Source of the DNA: Nitrospirales bacterium
Lineage (GTDB): Bacteria > Nitrospirota > Nitrospiria > Nitrospirales > UBA8639
Direction of reading: 5' to 3'
DNA: 64,000 nucleotides
Assembly: GCA_965203295.1 (NCBI GenBank)
Contig: CBDBCZ010000009.1
Location: 64,001 to 128,000 of the forward strand
Shown here: positions 11,232 through 24,523 of the stretch, one piece after another
Layout of the letters: every line of letters starts with the position of its first letter
Numbering within the stretch: position 1 is the first letter of the stretch
Position numbers and translations under genes: made by a program
Notes under the pieces: model-generated
The model's database searches: none
The model's input: the letters and a program-made list of their open reading frames with translations, nothing else
Told to the model about the DNA's origin: nothing

Positions 11232-13392
11232 GGATGCACACAGATGATTTCTTCCTGCCTACAATGCTGATCATCTATCCAGACTCATCCTGACTGATAC
11301 CTGTCATACGTACATACATGTACGTCCTCATTAAGTCATTGAAGGGAGAGGGTGAGTCTTCTTAGTTTGTGGACCGGCCATGGGTAGCCCCTGATGATCG
11401 GTCCTCTTGTTTAGTGGAGGAGAAAAGTGTTAGGGGAATGGGTTTGCCCTGTTTATTACCAGAGAGCGGAGTTGTGCAACCACAATGTCTTAGTGCACAA
11501 AGTATGTGGGACTCCAGCTACACGTACGTACAATGTAGCAAGTTTAATTAATGCCTTATTATGTCTATAGCTTGCTGCATATAATTACGTGCTCTGTGCA
11601 CACAGGAACAAACCTCCCTGTATATACACTAGCTGTATAAATTACAGCACTGCAAAAATATGTATTTGTTTTGACTACTTGCAATCATAGTCTTGTGAGC
11701 CAGCCGATATTAATTAGGGATTACCTGAATTGCGGATATCTGAGAGTTTACATAGGTCGGAGTTACAACAGCAAATTGCTATACAATTACCATGGCAACA
11801 ACATGGCATATACAGGAGTATCCCATACTGTTACCATGGCTGATATACAAGAATTCTTAGACTAACTGTCTCATTCTCAGCTAATCAGTGTACAGGTCAA
11901 CATATGTAATGAGGAGTAGCAACAAGAAATAGGTATTTTAATAATTATACTGTACAGCAAATTTTCTACTGTTGCTATCCCATTGAGGAGGCCTGGGATT
12001 GAATTCATAAGTAGGATGCCATGACTGATATGTACACGGGCATACTTGTACTAGTTAATTAAGAACAGTACCGGTATGTGGTATCAGTATAATCCCCCAC
12101 TTTTTCCCTTTCACATGGCACTATATAACTTCCTGGCCCTTTTTACACATTCTATCCTTTTCATGTCTCACTACACACGTCATGTAATTTGAAATTCATT
12201 TGTAATTTAGAAAGTGATTAGCACTTGGACCACATTCTTCCTTTTATATCATTGACATCATACACTAGTGTTTGGGAGGGTCTTGCGCTAGTGCTCAGCT
12301 TGCCCCAACACTAGTGCATGTTTATACATGCAAACATGTACATAGTGTTACAGTACTAGATCAGCCATCATCCTGTCATCCAACTTTGTTGGGGCTCGAG
12401 GAGTAAAATTGAATGGATTGAGGTCTGGAGATGAGAACAAATTTTGTTACTTGGCATGAGCTTGTGCATGAATGAATTCTTCTGTCAAATTATCAGGAGG
12501 CCTGGTTTTTCTTCTTATATAGAAATTACTCTCTGCCCACCAATAATTTGTTACTTATACATGTAGTTTAAAGCAATTTTAATAACCTTTTCAAATGTTT
12601 CAGAATGTGACTGTAGAATATATATAGTGTCCTCACTTTCAGAGATTTTCTTTGGCAGTACAATTCAATGATGTTCACAAAGTTCAATTCCAAATCTGAA
12701 TTTCAGCAGACGTTTCTATCCAACATTTTACTAGAGTGCAAAAACCACTTCAGACAGTACTGCTGAAATTGAGGTTGAACTAGAGCCTAGAAAATAGCTT
12801 CATTAATTGATTGAACATTGTAATGGCTCTGATACTGCGCTACTGTAGCTACTACATACAATACATAATTATTGTAATTTCTCACCGTGTTGCATAGCTA
12901 CATATCTTGTGACTAATTATAAGTACGTACCAAGACTCCTACACATACATGCCAGTGTTCTAATAGTGCGTGACATTTATCTGTAAGTTGTGGAAATAAT
13001 GACCATTGGCACAAGATTGATTGGTACTTTCCTCCTGTTATGCAATATTTGAAATTGTTACCCACCCATGCAAGGATTCCCTATGTGCAAATATGCACAT
13101 GTCATCTTGACTTCAGAACTTTGTTGGCTTGCGTAATTAAAATAATTTGCACAAAGAGAAACAGCTGTACACCAACAATACGGGTTTTGTTACAAACACA
13201 GAAACTATGGCAAACTACATTATAACCAAGAGACTGTAAATAAAAATATTCAGCCAAGGGCCAGCCCATCCCATGACAGGGAAAAAACTATGGTGCAATG
13301 TGAGGGAGTCAGCTGAAAAAATGTTCACCATAGAAAAACCCAAAATAAAATATTACAACAAACTATAAATATTATTTACAACACTCAAGTGA

Positions 13393-14487
13393 TTATTGCA
13401 CAAAGATCTCAATCAGTTCAATAGGAGAGTCCTCATTACTGAGTGACTGATCGCCACATATTCTCACTTCAATATCATCAGTTGTAGGCTCAATCAGACT
13501 TTTGCAAAAGTAGGGTGGACCATTGAGCTCACAGCAAGAACTTCCTGACCTACAGTCCTCTCCATCCCAGAGTGGGTCACCATCAAGGTAAAATACACCA
13601 GGACTCCAGCCACCAGTAATTCCAGTTTCACAGAAGTAATCCTGCCCCACAAAAGAGGGAATGGATTGTGTACTTTGACTATTGGTGCAAGGACAGACAT
13701 ATGCCCCATAAGATCCTAACTCCGAGCGTGAAGCAGCAAATGTCCAAACATGCTCTTTCTCTGTTACACGTATGATAACCACTCCATCCACATAGGGGTC
13801 CTCTATTCTAGTGTGCACTGAGCTGGAGTAGGCCCAAAATGCATTTGTATTTCCAACCTGGTAGCCTATAATTCTACCACAAATGTGAGAAAATGAGATA
13901 TTGTAAGTAGTAAAAGAGACTGAGCTGCAGCCACCAAACTCACTGGGTTGACCAGGACGTGGCACAGTTTCATTGGTTCTTCCACACGTCCTCACTGGCT
14001 CTGTGATCTCCCTCCATGCTGGTGGGCACTGGTGGGTAGGGTCAGTCATGTTGAGGTAGGCCACACGAGACCATCCTCCAACACTAGTACTGTTACAACC
14101 ACACACCCTGGCCATGTCGCAATAGACCCGAACAGCTGTTCCATTAGAGCTGGTGATCCAGTAATACTCTGACGGGAGTTGGGGGTCACACTGTGACACT
14201 TCAAGACAGGATGATGCCGGATTCTCCTGGACTTGACCTGGACAGGGTACATCAAGGATATCATTGCGAACAATGTTCAAAGCGTCTTCTGCGATTTCAG
14301 CTCTGGCCATCTCCAGTTGCTCCTCAGGAGGACAGACCAGACCCCCTCCCTCCAGTACTGTAGCAGAGTAACTCACGGGTAGTGAGTTGTTGTCATGCTG
14401 GCTAGTCACACCTTCCTGGCATGAAGTGAGCTGAAGTTCAGCAGCTAGAATGAGTGCAAGTACTGTGTACAAAATATTCCTACTCAT
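13393..14487 (-). CDS. Secreted cysteine-rich protein with fibrinogen/intelectin-like N-terminal motif, copy 1 (intronless)
   Basis: Signal peptide MSRNILYTVLALILAAELQLTSC; short helical EEQLEMARAEI segment; NPASSC..YYWI..VYCDM..GGW motif; conserved GRIIGYQ, YVDGV, HVWTFA, DYFCE, PLWDG; ends IEIFVQ. Start placed at 14487 because ATG 14529 abuts the TATA box. Confidence 0.9.
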   Translation of the reverse strand: MSRNILYTVLALILAAELQLTSCQEGVTSQHDNNSLPVSYSATVLEGGGLVCPPEEQLEMARAEIAEDALNIVRNDILDVPCPGQVQENPASSCLEVSQCDPQLPSEYYWITSSNGTAVRVYCDMARVCGCNSTSVGGWSRVAYLNMTDPTHQCPPAWREITEPVRTCGRTNETVPRPGQPSEFGGCSSVSFTTYNISFSHICGRIIGYQVGNTNAFWAYSSSVHTRIEDPYVDGVVIIRVTEKEHVWTFAASRSELGSYGAYVCPCTNSQSTQSIPSFVGQDYFCETGITGGWSPGVFYLDGDPLWDGEDCRSGSSCCELNGPPYFCKSLIEPTTDDIEVRICGDQSLSNEDSPIELIEIFVQ

Positions 14488-14530
14488 TTTGGCTAAACAG
14501 CTTGAGTGTGATGGTTGTGAGTGGGACATG

Positions 14531-14540
14531 CCTTATATAC
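14531..14540 (-). promoter_or_regulatory. TATA box (GTATATAAGG on minus strand) of copy 1; equivalent boxes at 24001, 27941, 39978, ~51961 and 52687
   Basis: Same motif about 45-65 nt upstream of the ATG in every gene or pseudogene copy. Confidence 0.65.
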
Positions 14541-16199
14541 TCTAAGAATGGACCAAATTAAGGCACATTCCAGTGGAGAGAGGCGGACATGTACAAATTA
14601 CCTGGCGCCACTGAAGATTAAAACAATACAGTGTACATGTATGGCGGGCAATTTCTGTGATAAATGGCTTTATTACAGCACACACACAGCAGCTGGGATG
14701 AAACACATTCCTGACATCCTAAGATAAGCATGAATTCAGTTACAGGAAAGCCATTATGCATTCTAAAAATAGTCACTTGATGAGGTAATGCAGCATTCTA
14801 CCTATCACTGTAGTGATAGGCACTGAATGCCATAGCAAACTTCAAACTACATACAATCAGACGTACGTATGAGCCCCCTTACAGCTAATGCCACCCATCA
14901 GCTCCTGTAATATACGTAGCAATATTCATTGAGAGTCACAATTCATAATTAACATTGCCAATCTGGACACAGAATGGAATGGGGAAGGAACAAGAATTGT
15001 TTTGTTGGCCACATGGCATGGCAAATTAATGAAAACATGTGACGGACATAATTAGCATGTTTTGGGTAGGAACATACAATATAGTGTAACGCAACAGCAG
15101 TTCACCTCTTATAGCCCACATGTCATTAAGTGATATTGTTGAGACGTGCTCAGTCGGCACATAAATATGTCTGTAGTAATGAGTTTAAGTGGCTTCGTGT
15201 AGAGCAATTAAGGAACACACACACTCACATCCATCTTTCGTGACTTGGGAATACGACTGCCATACATACTCTAAATTAAAAACAACAATAATGTTTCAAC
15301 ACAGTTTGGAGACGTTCCCTTAGCAACCAGTAGCCAGGAAAGCAGAGAGAGACCAGACTACACTGTACTGAAAGCAAACTCCAGACCATAGGGGTAGCCA
15401 GGCAATAGGAAAGAAAGCAGCAGATGCCACAGGGCAGAGGGAGATCATGCAGACTAACAAGATTCTTAAGTTCTATGCACATTGGCTAACTGAATATACT
15501 CATGTTGCTGCCGTAGCGCTTACGCCATTGACCACGCACCCACATACGCAGCTTACAAGATTCAAAAGTTTTATGCACATTGGTTGCTGCATGAAAACTT
15601 AACTAATATTGTACACACACATATATATGGAGGGGGGGAGTTTTGAAGAGTTCAGAACATTAGATGATATTAAGCACGTTATTATCCCATCCTCACCTAA
15701 TCAGGTGGGCAGGCTGTGCAGGCAGTTCACAATACAGTGAAGTAATCATACACTCGGGTAGTTGTGTACGAGGTGGATGTATGGCGGTGTCAAGCATGAT
15801 TGTGGGGTGAATGTGTGCAAGTGCATATATGTACAGATTGTCTAATTCTTCCATGTAAGTTTTCTAATGTTACCATACACACGGGACACTCCCAGAGCAC
15901 CATGTACTACACTCTCACATTCATCACACATAACTTACACTGCTTATCATCATTTGTATCCCTACGTATGTCTTTCTGACTCTTCATTCAGACCATTAGT
16001 ACCCGACCTAAACATAAATCGTGTTCCTGGATCCCCAACCCCCTGCATGCAAGTAATTCTTAATTTCTATTTTCTTACAAAAAGATTTGTACAGACTCAG
16101 TTTAACTTTACTATTAAAGCGATTAGTAAGCCTTTATATCTCAATGCTACATCTACTGTCTGTAAGAACAAACTTACATGGTAATCTTCAACTAATATT

Positions 16200-18940
16200 T
16201 TCTGACTGGTGGGTTTGGTGGGTTTCAAGCTGAAGGGTAGGGTCAGCCACACCACAGTCCCTTCCTCTTATTACTGTACTCATTTTTGTCAGCAATTGAT
16301 TATCATGACTGTCCTCACAGTACATTAGTTTAGTTGTGCATTATTTGCTTCTAAGCTCCAAATTGAAGAACTGGGGCCTAGAAATTAGGCTACATTAATT
16401 AGACATTGTAACAGACTATTTCCGGATATTGTGCTACCACATAATATGAATTATAGTAATTGCACACCTTGTTGCCATAGCTTCATATTTTGTGGCTGAT
16501 TATTTTCATGATGTCATTATGTTTATAGAATGTATTTCCAATTTGCTCATACTCGAGAGAGATCGACATGAGTGTATGTGTTCTTTAGTTGCTCTACAAG
16601 AAACCCTTTAGTACAGACATACTCATGTGCCCACTGAGCACGTCTCAACAAAATCAGCGATCAATTAATGTATGGAATGTAAGTGCTGCAATGCTCACTG
16701 TCAGTTAAACCTACATGGACTGTGTCCTAAGTACGTACATACGTACGTACGCACTAAAATCAAATGTTAAAGTTATAGCTCTTCCATATTATCATATTTT
16801 CTCATCCATTACCTGTAGAACTATCCAAAATGAGTACAGGAAGAGACTGTTGTGTGGCTGACCCTACTCAACCCCACCAAACCTTTTGCCTGTACATTAG
16901 AGGCATTGCTGTAATTCACAAGCAGATCTTTAAGGTTGACACAACCTGTTTGCTATTAGTAAACCTCCGTGCTAATTACGTAGATCACTGCCAATATCCT
17001 TACTTCCGGTACAAACCATTATGTAGTGCTGCCTACAGGAAGGACAGTTGTGCCGGAGAAGTTTTCCATACCAATAAAAGGCTTTGTACATTGCAGCTGA
17101 CATGTGAAAACAATATAGAGATGGGGCTGTGTATGTTGTGTTTATGCTATCTCTACACCTCAACGTGTTTGCTTGCTTTATGGCACTTCCATCCCTACAT
17201 CTTTTATTTAATTTTCAGTTTTTAGTAAGCTATTGGTAGTCTAGAGGCATTCAGTGCCTATCACTACAGTGATCAGTCATTACCTCATCAAGTGACTATT
17301 ATTAGAACGCACTGTGGCTTTCCTGTGATTGAATTCACGAGAATAAATGCCCTTATCTTGGAATGTGTATCATTCCAGCTGCTGTGTGTGTGTGTGTGCT
17401 CTAATGCAGCCATATCACTGTACTGTTTTAATTGCTCTACAAGAAACCCACTTAAACTCAGACATTCTCAAGTGCTTCATGAGCTAGTCTCAATAAAGGA
17501 CAGGTGGATTGTAAGATTCAAACTGCTGTAGTTTTCACAGGCACTTACCCTCCCCTGTCAGTGTCTTTCTCCAAAAATCTCTCTCTAGGTTCGAGCCCCA
17601 TATGGCACTCGCAGCCACAACCACAAGAGCCAGTTGCGAACCCCGGTCCCGGTGCCACTTCGGTCACAAGCACTCCCGTGGAGGTTGACGTCGTCCGTAC
17701 CGATTACCACCTTGACGGGACAACCGGTCATCCAACGCTGGTGATCGACCTCACCATGCCCACCTCCGTACAAGAGACTCCTGAGCCCCCGCTGCCCAGT
17801 GCTCCTCCCTGCCCCCCTCCTCCCCGGCTCCCTCCTCCCCATGCAGATCCTGCAGTGGCCATAGAAACGCCCACGGCCATGGAGTCGTAAGCATATAAAG
17901 ATTTTTGCATAATTACTCTTTACTGTGCGAAATCATCTCTGTACCTCCCATGCTTTTTCATGTCCATGCAACTACTCTCGTTTTCACTGCAGAAGCCCTC
18001 CCAGTTGTAGCCGACCCCGCCGGAAGAGTTGCGGCAGGCTCGGAAGGTGCGACGACAGCTGTTGCTGCTGCAGCTGGAGATTTGCAAAGTGGGGAGAAGG
18101 CGGCCAACCAGTAAGTGGACTGCATACATGATAGCTAAATAATCGATTATGTGTACTGATACCCATAGTATGGCTAGATGAATTCTCCTAATATCATTGT
18201 GCATAGTTGCACTCTCTACAAGCGGCCGTTTCAACCAAACAAATTCAGAATATGCCTATTACTGTTCCTCAATTGAACGGCTTTGTTGGGCTCGAGTACA
18301 GTGCAACAAAATTTCGTTTCTGTCCCAATCAGATTTGGATTGTTACGGTCTAAACAAGGTGCATATCGGCAAAATCATGCCTGTACAGTGTCTTTTAACG
18401 GCACTTTAGAGTAGCCTTTCTTAAGCAATAGAACGACACTGTACATAGCCAATACCTCGAACATTTTCATAGTACTGCTGAAATTGAATTGCCTGTACGA
18501 TGTCTCTTAAAGGAACTTTAGAGTAACCTTTCTAACAGAAATGTAGTATGCTTTCAGTTGCTAGTAACTCATCTGAGACAGATCCTTCAGCAGTTTTTAA
18601 ACTGGATTAACGTAAAACAGTTAATAGTGTCCCCACTGTTCAGAGATTCTCTCAGTTGGCAGTACAATTCAAAAACGATCAAATCCAATACTAAATTTCA
18701 ACAGAATTTTCTGTTCGAAATTTTTTCTACCAATTTATCCATGCCTACGACACTGTACATAGCCAATACCTCGAACATTAAATTTCATAATTTGCTAAAA
18801 TTGAGGTTGGAATTGAAGAAGCTTAATTATCACGACTGTCCTCACAGTACTAATAGTTCAGTTGTGCATTGCTTCAGAGCTTCAAATTGAACTGGAGCCT
18901 AGAAATTAGGCACCATTAATTGATTAAACATCGTAATAGT
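16200..18940. repeat. Segmental duplication, partner ~57560-59920
   Basis: Long colinear near-identity, including the proline-rich exon-like segment; boundaries approximate. Confidence 0.85.
17589..18110 (+). pseudogene. Two orphan exon-like segments (17589-17886 Pro/Thr-rich; 17993-18110) of an unidentified gene
   Basis: GC-rich open frames bounded by ctctctag|, |gtaagc, ttttcactgcag| and |gtaagt; internally deleted copy at 58954-59205. Confidence 0.5.
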
Positions 18941-20169
18941 TCTGGATATTCCGGATGTTCTGGATGTAACAGTGTGTGGCTGCCAATCAGTAGCTTTACT
19001 GGAGCACACACACAGCAGCTGGAATGATCCACATTCAATTACATCCTAAGAGTTATTCTCTGGTGAATTCAATTACAGGAAAGCCATTACACATGTATGC
19101 ATTCTAATAATAGTCACTTGATGAGGTAATGCTATCACTGTAGTAATAGACACTGAATACCATGGCAAACTCCAGACTACCAATCAGACATACGTATTAG
19201 CCACCTTACAGCTTACAAGAAATTAAAGTAAGCCATCCATTAGCTCTTGAAGAGTCACAATTCATTACAGTCTGTAAATCTGGATATGACACGAGGCTTT
19301 TAGCACCCTCTTATTACACTGTTTGCATTATACACTGCTAATACCTGTGTGTGTGTGGGGGGGGGGGCTTATTAGGGAGAGAAAATAATAAAGAAAGGGC
19401 TGTGGCAGAGTTCTTGTCCATTATGTTATGAGTTACTGAGTTTATGGTTTGTTTAGCTGTATTATGCACACATGCCTGGTCCAGTGATGTGTGAGGTCCA
19501 CCATGGGCATATACATGCAGCTTATAGCTGTGACCTATCCCATCTGGTACCCTGTGGCTTAGTCTCATACCCAGATCCCATCCTAACTTTATTCTGATTT
19601 ATAGACACACCTCTTCAGGAATCACAGCAGATTAAAATTGTGTGTATGGGAGGTGTTTCTTGTTGAAACTAAAATTAAACTTTTCTTCAGTATCAGACTA
19701 AATCTAATTGGCTATGTAAAGCTACACTAAAAACACACTAGTTTATGTATTATGTCTGTAAACACTACAGCAGTTCACATCTTACAACCCTCCTGTTTTT
19801 ATTGAGACGTGCTCAGTGGGCACATGAGCATGTCTGTAGTATTGAGTTTAAGTGGACTTCGTGTAGAGCAATTAAGGAACATACACACTCACATTGATTT
19901 TTGGAGTGTGAGCAATTTGGGAAAACATTCTATGCATTAGTAGCATTGCAATGAAGTGGGTAATGGTTAGTCTGCACATCTTCCTCTCAGTTTGCCCTGT
20001 GGTGTCTGCTTCACTTAATAGTTCTGATTAGGATTGTACCACAGCTGTAGCTACATTACTTTTCCTGTAACTCAATTTATGAGAATATAAATGCTCTAGG
20101 ATAATGTTTGAGATTTAGACTAGTAACTGTATTACTTTTCCTGTAACTGGGTTCCTGAGAATAAAATTT

Positions 20170-20272
20170 ACACGCACACACGCACACGCACACGCACACG
20201 CACACGCACACGCACACGCACACGCACACGCACACGCACACGCACACGCACACGCACACGCACACGCACACA
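20170..20272. repeat. (ACACGC)n hexamer microsatellite; paralogous tracts at ~29262-29450, 41306-41408 and 41850-42075
   Basis: Read directly; always follows ttcctgagaata.aattt. Confidence 0.95.
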
Positions 20273-20913
20273 CCAATAGTGTGTGAGGTCCACATGGTCG
20301 TAATCATACCTGCAGCTAATTGCTGTGGTTTTTCCAATCAGGTGTCCTGTGTATATACCGGCTTAGTCTCATACCCAGATCCCATCCCTCACTAGATGGT
20401 CTGCCACCATTGCACTGGTAGCTCAGCCTTCATTAAACTCTTTCAGATAACTAATTTGAAATTTTGGGTGAAGCAGCGTGCTATGGGCTCAACAATCTCA
20501 GCTTGTGTACAACTGTTTTAGAGTGTGATTGTTGTGACTGGGACTTGCCTAGCTTATATACTCTAGGAATGGGATTAAAGTACCACCAAATAAATTTTAA
20601 GCTCCAGTAGAGAGAAGTGGACATATACAAATTATTAGCTGGCGCCACTGAAGATTAAAACAGTAGAGCATGTGGCTGGCGATTTCTTTCATCAGTAGCT
20701 TTACTAGAGCACACACAGCAGCTGGAATGATACACATTCCTAAGATATTTATTCTCATGAATTTTAGCCACCTTACAGCGTACAAGAAATTAAAGTAAAG
20801 CCACCCAGTAGCTCTTGTGGTATATTAACCCTTTACCAACCATAAGAAACAGCTTAAAGAAGCAGAAAAGCCTTGTCCAACCTCCTCTGGACATTAGTAG
20901 AACCTACCTGTAG

Positions 20914-21667
20914 TACCGTATAGCCGGAAAATTTGGCGAGAATTAAATTTGGCGAAATTGCCAAAAACGGCTAAAATTAAATATTGGCGAAATTTAAATC
21001 TGGCGATTGTGTACGGCGAAGGCTATGACGTAATCCTAGGCGCACAACGTGCATTGCTGCGCTGCTGAACATGTAAAGTTCTTTGTCCCTGAGGTTGAGA
21101 ATGGAGACGTTTGAAGTAGAAAGCTGTGTTTGAGGCCATCATTTTTTTTAAAGAGCTAAACTGCGTTTGTCAGCGAGGACCCGTATGCTGTGGCTGTGAT
21201 GCGTATAAGCGCTGTTGTAGGCCTTTATACTATCTAGAAACTTCGAGAAGTGTGTAGCGGCCTTTGTCGCTGTGTTGTCGGCGGCATACTTTCGTACCCT
21301 TTCTTCTGGTGTGTAAGCATTATACTTGCCTCGATGTGACTGTGACAGGCTTCGAGTCACCAGATAGAGAGTGCTTCACAGCTTTGTTCGCAAGTTTGAT
21401 CCCGGACAGAAAGGAATCTGCACACGCATGTGTAGTGTGAAGAACAACTCCTTCTATTTGAAGTACTTGTACAACGCCATGAATCACTCTTTACGCGTGT
21501 ATAGCTAGCAGCTACGTAGCTGTAGAGATACATGTATGTGCACGTGGGTGTTACGTATTACATAATGCGTGAGAATTTACTTTGGCGAGAATTTAATTTG
21601 GCAATTTTTTACGATTCGCCAAACCGCCAAATTAAAGTCCTCGCCAAATTTTCCCGGCTATACGGTA
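20914..21667. mobile_element. Internally deleted TIR DNA transposon/MITE with TA target duplication (Tc1/mariner-pogo-like)
   Basis: ta-ccgtatagccggaaaatttggcgag ... ctcgccaaattttcccggctatacgg-ta; empty site gtagTAtactg at ~34708; decayed coding remnants inside; lone related left end at 48113. Confidence 0.88.
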
Positions 21668-23779
21668 TACTGTTTACATTGTACCCGGCTTTTGCCATGG
21701 CTACTGTATATTACATTTCCTGTTGCAGGTGATTAGGTAAGCTGTGCAGGTGGTATCCTTGTTCACAATACAGTGAAGTAATCATGCACTCAGGTAGTTG
21801 TGTATGAGGTGAATAGAGGGCATTGCGGGGTGAGTGGGCAGGTGTATGCAACCGAGATTTGTTCTAGCCAATGTGGTTCATGTGCGGGATATGAGCCCAT
21901 GTAACATTTAGCCAATCATCATAGAGTACGGTAGTAGCCTCGTTCCCAGGCCTGTGACTTTTCAGTCACACAAATATTGTCACAGGGCCTGGGATCTAAA
22001 GTCAGTTGCATGAGGCCAAGAGTAGAAAGGTAGTTTATATTTCCATAGTAACAAATTTTGTAATTAACAATTGTTAATTACAAAATTTGCAGCTGGGAAA
22101 TATAAACTCCGCACTAGAAACAGGTCATTGCTCAGTCACTATAAAATAAGCAGCATTAATAAAGGGATGGAAATTTGACAAAAAAAATATAACACCCACT
22201 TGTAGGTTAGACTCCTACAGATATACATGTATTCAAACACCTAGAACTACAGTAACCACCAAGCATGATTCCACAGTAAAATAAATTAGCAATTGTTGTT
22301 AATTACAAAATTTGCAGCTGTGGAATGTAAACTCAGTCACTATAAAATAATCAACATTAACAAAGGAGCGAAAAATAACACTTTGTAGGTCAGACTGTAC
22401 CATGTATTTAACTAATTGCATTACACTTATTGTACACATGCATGAAACTGCAACAGAGATTACCCTAGAGTAAAAAGCTAGTTGATTCCACAGTAAAATA
22501 AATTTTGTAATTAGAAATTATTGTTCTTTACAAAATTTGCAGCTGCGGAATGTAAACTCCACAAGAATCAAATCATTGCTCAGTCACTATAAAATAGTCA
22601 ACATTAACAAAGGAGTGAATAATCTAGCGAAAAATAACAATTTGTAGGTCAGACTGTACCATGTAACTAGCTGGGTTAAAGTAATCCATTTTTTACAATG
22701 TGAGGAGAATAACTCTAAACAAGACATTGCAGCTTACTACATAAACCTGTTTTGACTGTTGGCGGCTATACTGTAGTTCGGGATGTATGAGTACATGTAT
22801 GTAAAACATCAGTTGACATTGTATGCTAATGATATCGAGAAACATGTCGTATCCTTAACAAATACACATTTGCACTAACAGAAGGTTGCAAAGCAAACTG
22901 TAGAATGGGCTGGGGAGATGGAGGGGTTTGAGATATAACTCCTCCAAATCCCTAGCTCATACTCCCAGTCTGATGGACAGGTCCACAATAAATGCATTCT
23001 TACTAACCTCTCCCTTGTTGTTACAATAATACAGTCTAGTCCATGAATGAAGCAATAGCTAACACACAATATATTTTTATAAGGCGCACAAGTGGACTGC
23101 ACCCAAGCATGATACATGGTTAAACTGCAAGACGTTTCTAGCACTGATATCTCTACTTATACTGAAGCTACATATACGTAAATAATAACCTGGAAACTGT
23201 AGTAAGCCTCCCTTGGTAAAAATATATGGTGAACTTGTCCAGATCTCTGCCCCTTAACTCTTCATAGAAAGTGAGAATAGAAAAACCCTACATGTCTTCG
23301 TATAGTTTTCATCCAAGGATTACATAGTATAAGTTACGTCCCTCTGTGACCCCTCCTTCCATCTATTCTGTCCAAAAAATGAGCACAATAATTTTTATGT
23401 ACATACTTGATTTATAATATTATGGTACCGACAGGGAACAGTCAATCACATAATATTCCTTGTACAAGTAATAATATACAGTACATTGTATGAGAATGGA
23501 GTGTGTAGAAATTCACTTCCAGCCATAGTTGAGCCTACTCTAGCTGTTGCCTGGTCAGAATATCTGAAAAACCGTACCGTTCCTCCTCTGCACACTCTTA
23601 TAATTAATTTCCATGCACTACAGGGTACCCTGTCGTTGCCATGGCTATTGCGCGGAAACTTCCTGTTATTGCTATCCTAATCAGGTGGCTTTGAGTGAAG
23701 AGGTTGTATGCTGGCTCACAATAATATAATGTGCTCAGGTAGTTCGCAGGGTATCTGCGTATGGTGGGATCATGCAGTG

Positions 23780-23957
23780 TCTCCAGTTGCTCCTCAGGAG
23801 GACAGACCTGCCTCCCTCCCTCCAGTACTGTAGCAGAGTAACTCACTGGTAGTGAGCTGTTGTCATGCTGGCTAGTCACACCTTCCTGGCATGAAGTGAG
23901 CTGAAGTTCAGCAGCTAGAATGAGTGCAAGAACTGCGTACAAAGTATTCCTACTCAT
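23780..23957 (-). pseudogene. 3'-truncated copy of the secreted-protein gene (signal peptide to EEQLE only)
   Basis: MSRNTLYAVLALILAAELQLTSCQ...CPPEEQLE, then runs into an intergenic repeat module; promoter intact at 24001. Confidence 0.9.
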
Positions 23958-24392
23958 TTTGGCTAAACAGCTTGAGTGTGATCATTTTGAGTGGGACATG
24001 CCTTATATACTCTAAGAATGGACAAATTAAGGCACATTCCAGTGGAGAGAGGTGGACATGTACAAATCATTAGCTGGTGCCACTGAAGATTAAAACAATA
24101 CAGTGTATATATGGCGGGCAATTTCTGTGTTAAATAGCTTTATTATAGCACACACACAGCAGCTGGGATGATACACATTCCAGACATCCTGAGATAAGCG
24201 GGAATTCAGTTACAGGAAAGCCACTATGCATTCTAAAATAGTCACTTGATGAGGTAATGCAGCATTCTACCTATCACTGCACTGTAGTAATAGGCACTGA
24301 ATGCCATGGCAAATGTCAGAGTATTAGCCACCTTGCAGCTTAAACCTAATGCCACCCATCAGCTCCTGATATAGTAAATTGCATGGAGAAAT

Positions 24393-24523
24393 TAACCTCA
24401 TTCCCAGGCTCCACCCCCCCCCCCTCCCCAGTGTTTTATCACAAAGTGCTCAAGATTTTTATGGTGAAGTGTATAAAAATGTTTTGAAAAAAAAGCTGGG
24501 GGTGGAGCCTGGGAACGAGGCTA
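24393..24523. mobile_element. Small MITE
   Basis: TIRs taacctcattcccaggctccacccc / ggggtggagcctgggaacgaggcta; absent from the paralogue at ~14900-14940. Confidence 0.8.

Noticed and set aside
11385..11430. CTGATGA...GAAA possible hammerhead
   Set aside because: Stem II is not adjacent to the core and stems I/III cannot be formed.
14488..14529. N-terminal extensions in the ORF track (ATG 14529; TTG 27905 and 39942)
   Set aside because: They lie at or just after the TATA box or use non-ATG codons; the conserved signal-peptide ATG is downstream.
14740..14748. STAT-like TTCCTGTAA and kB-like GGGAGTTCCC (31626, 44790) as immune regulatory sites
   Set aside because: Short motifs multiplied by duplication; the STAT-like word is missing at the equivalent position upstream of copies 2-4.
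16830..17225. 131-aa ORF with a paralogue at 58256-58609
   Set aside because: Similarity is explained by segmental duplication; the frames differ between copies and no domain is recognised.
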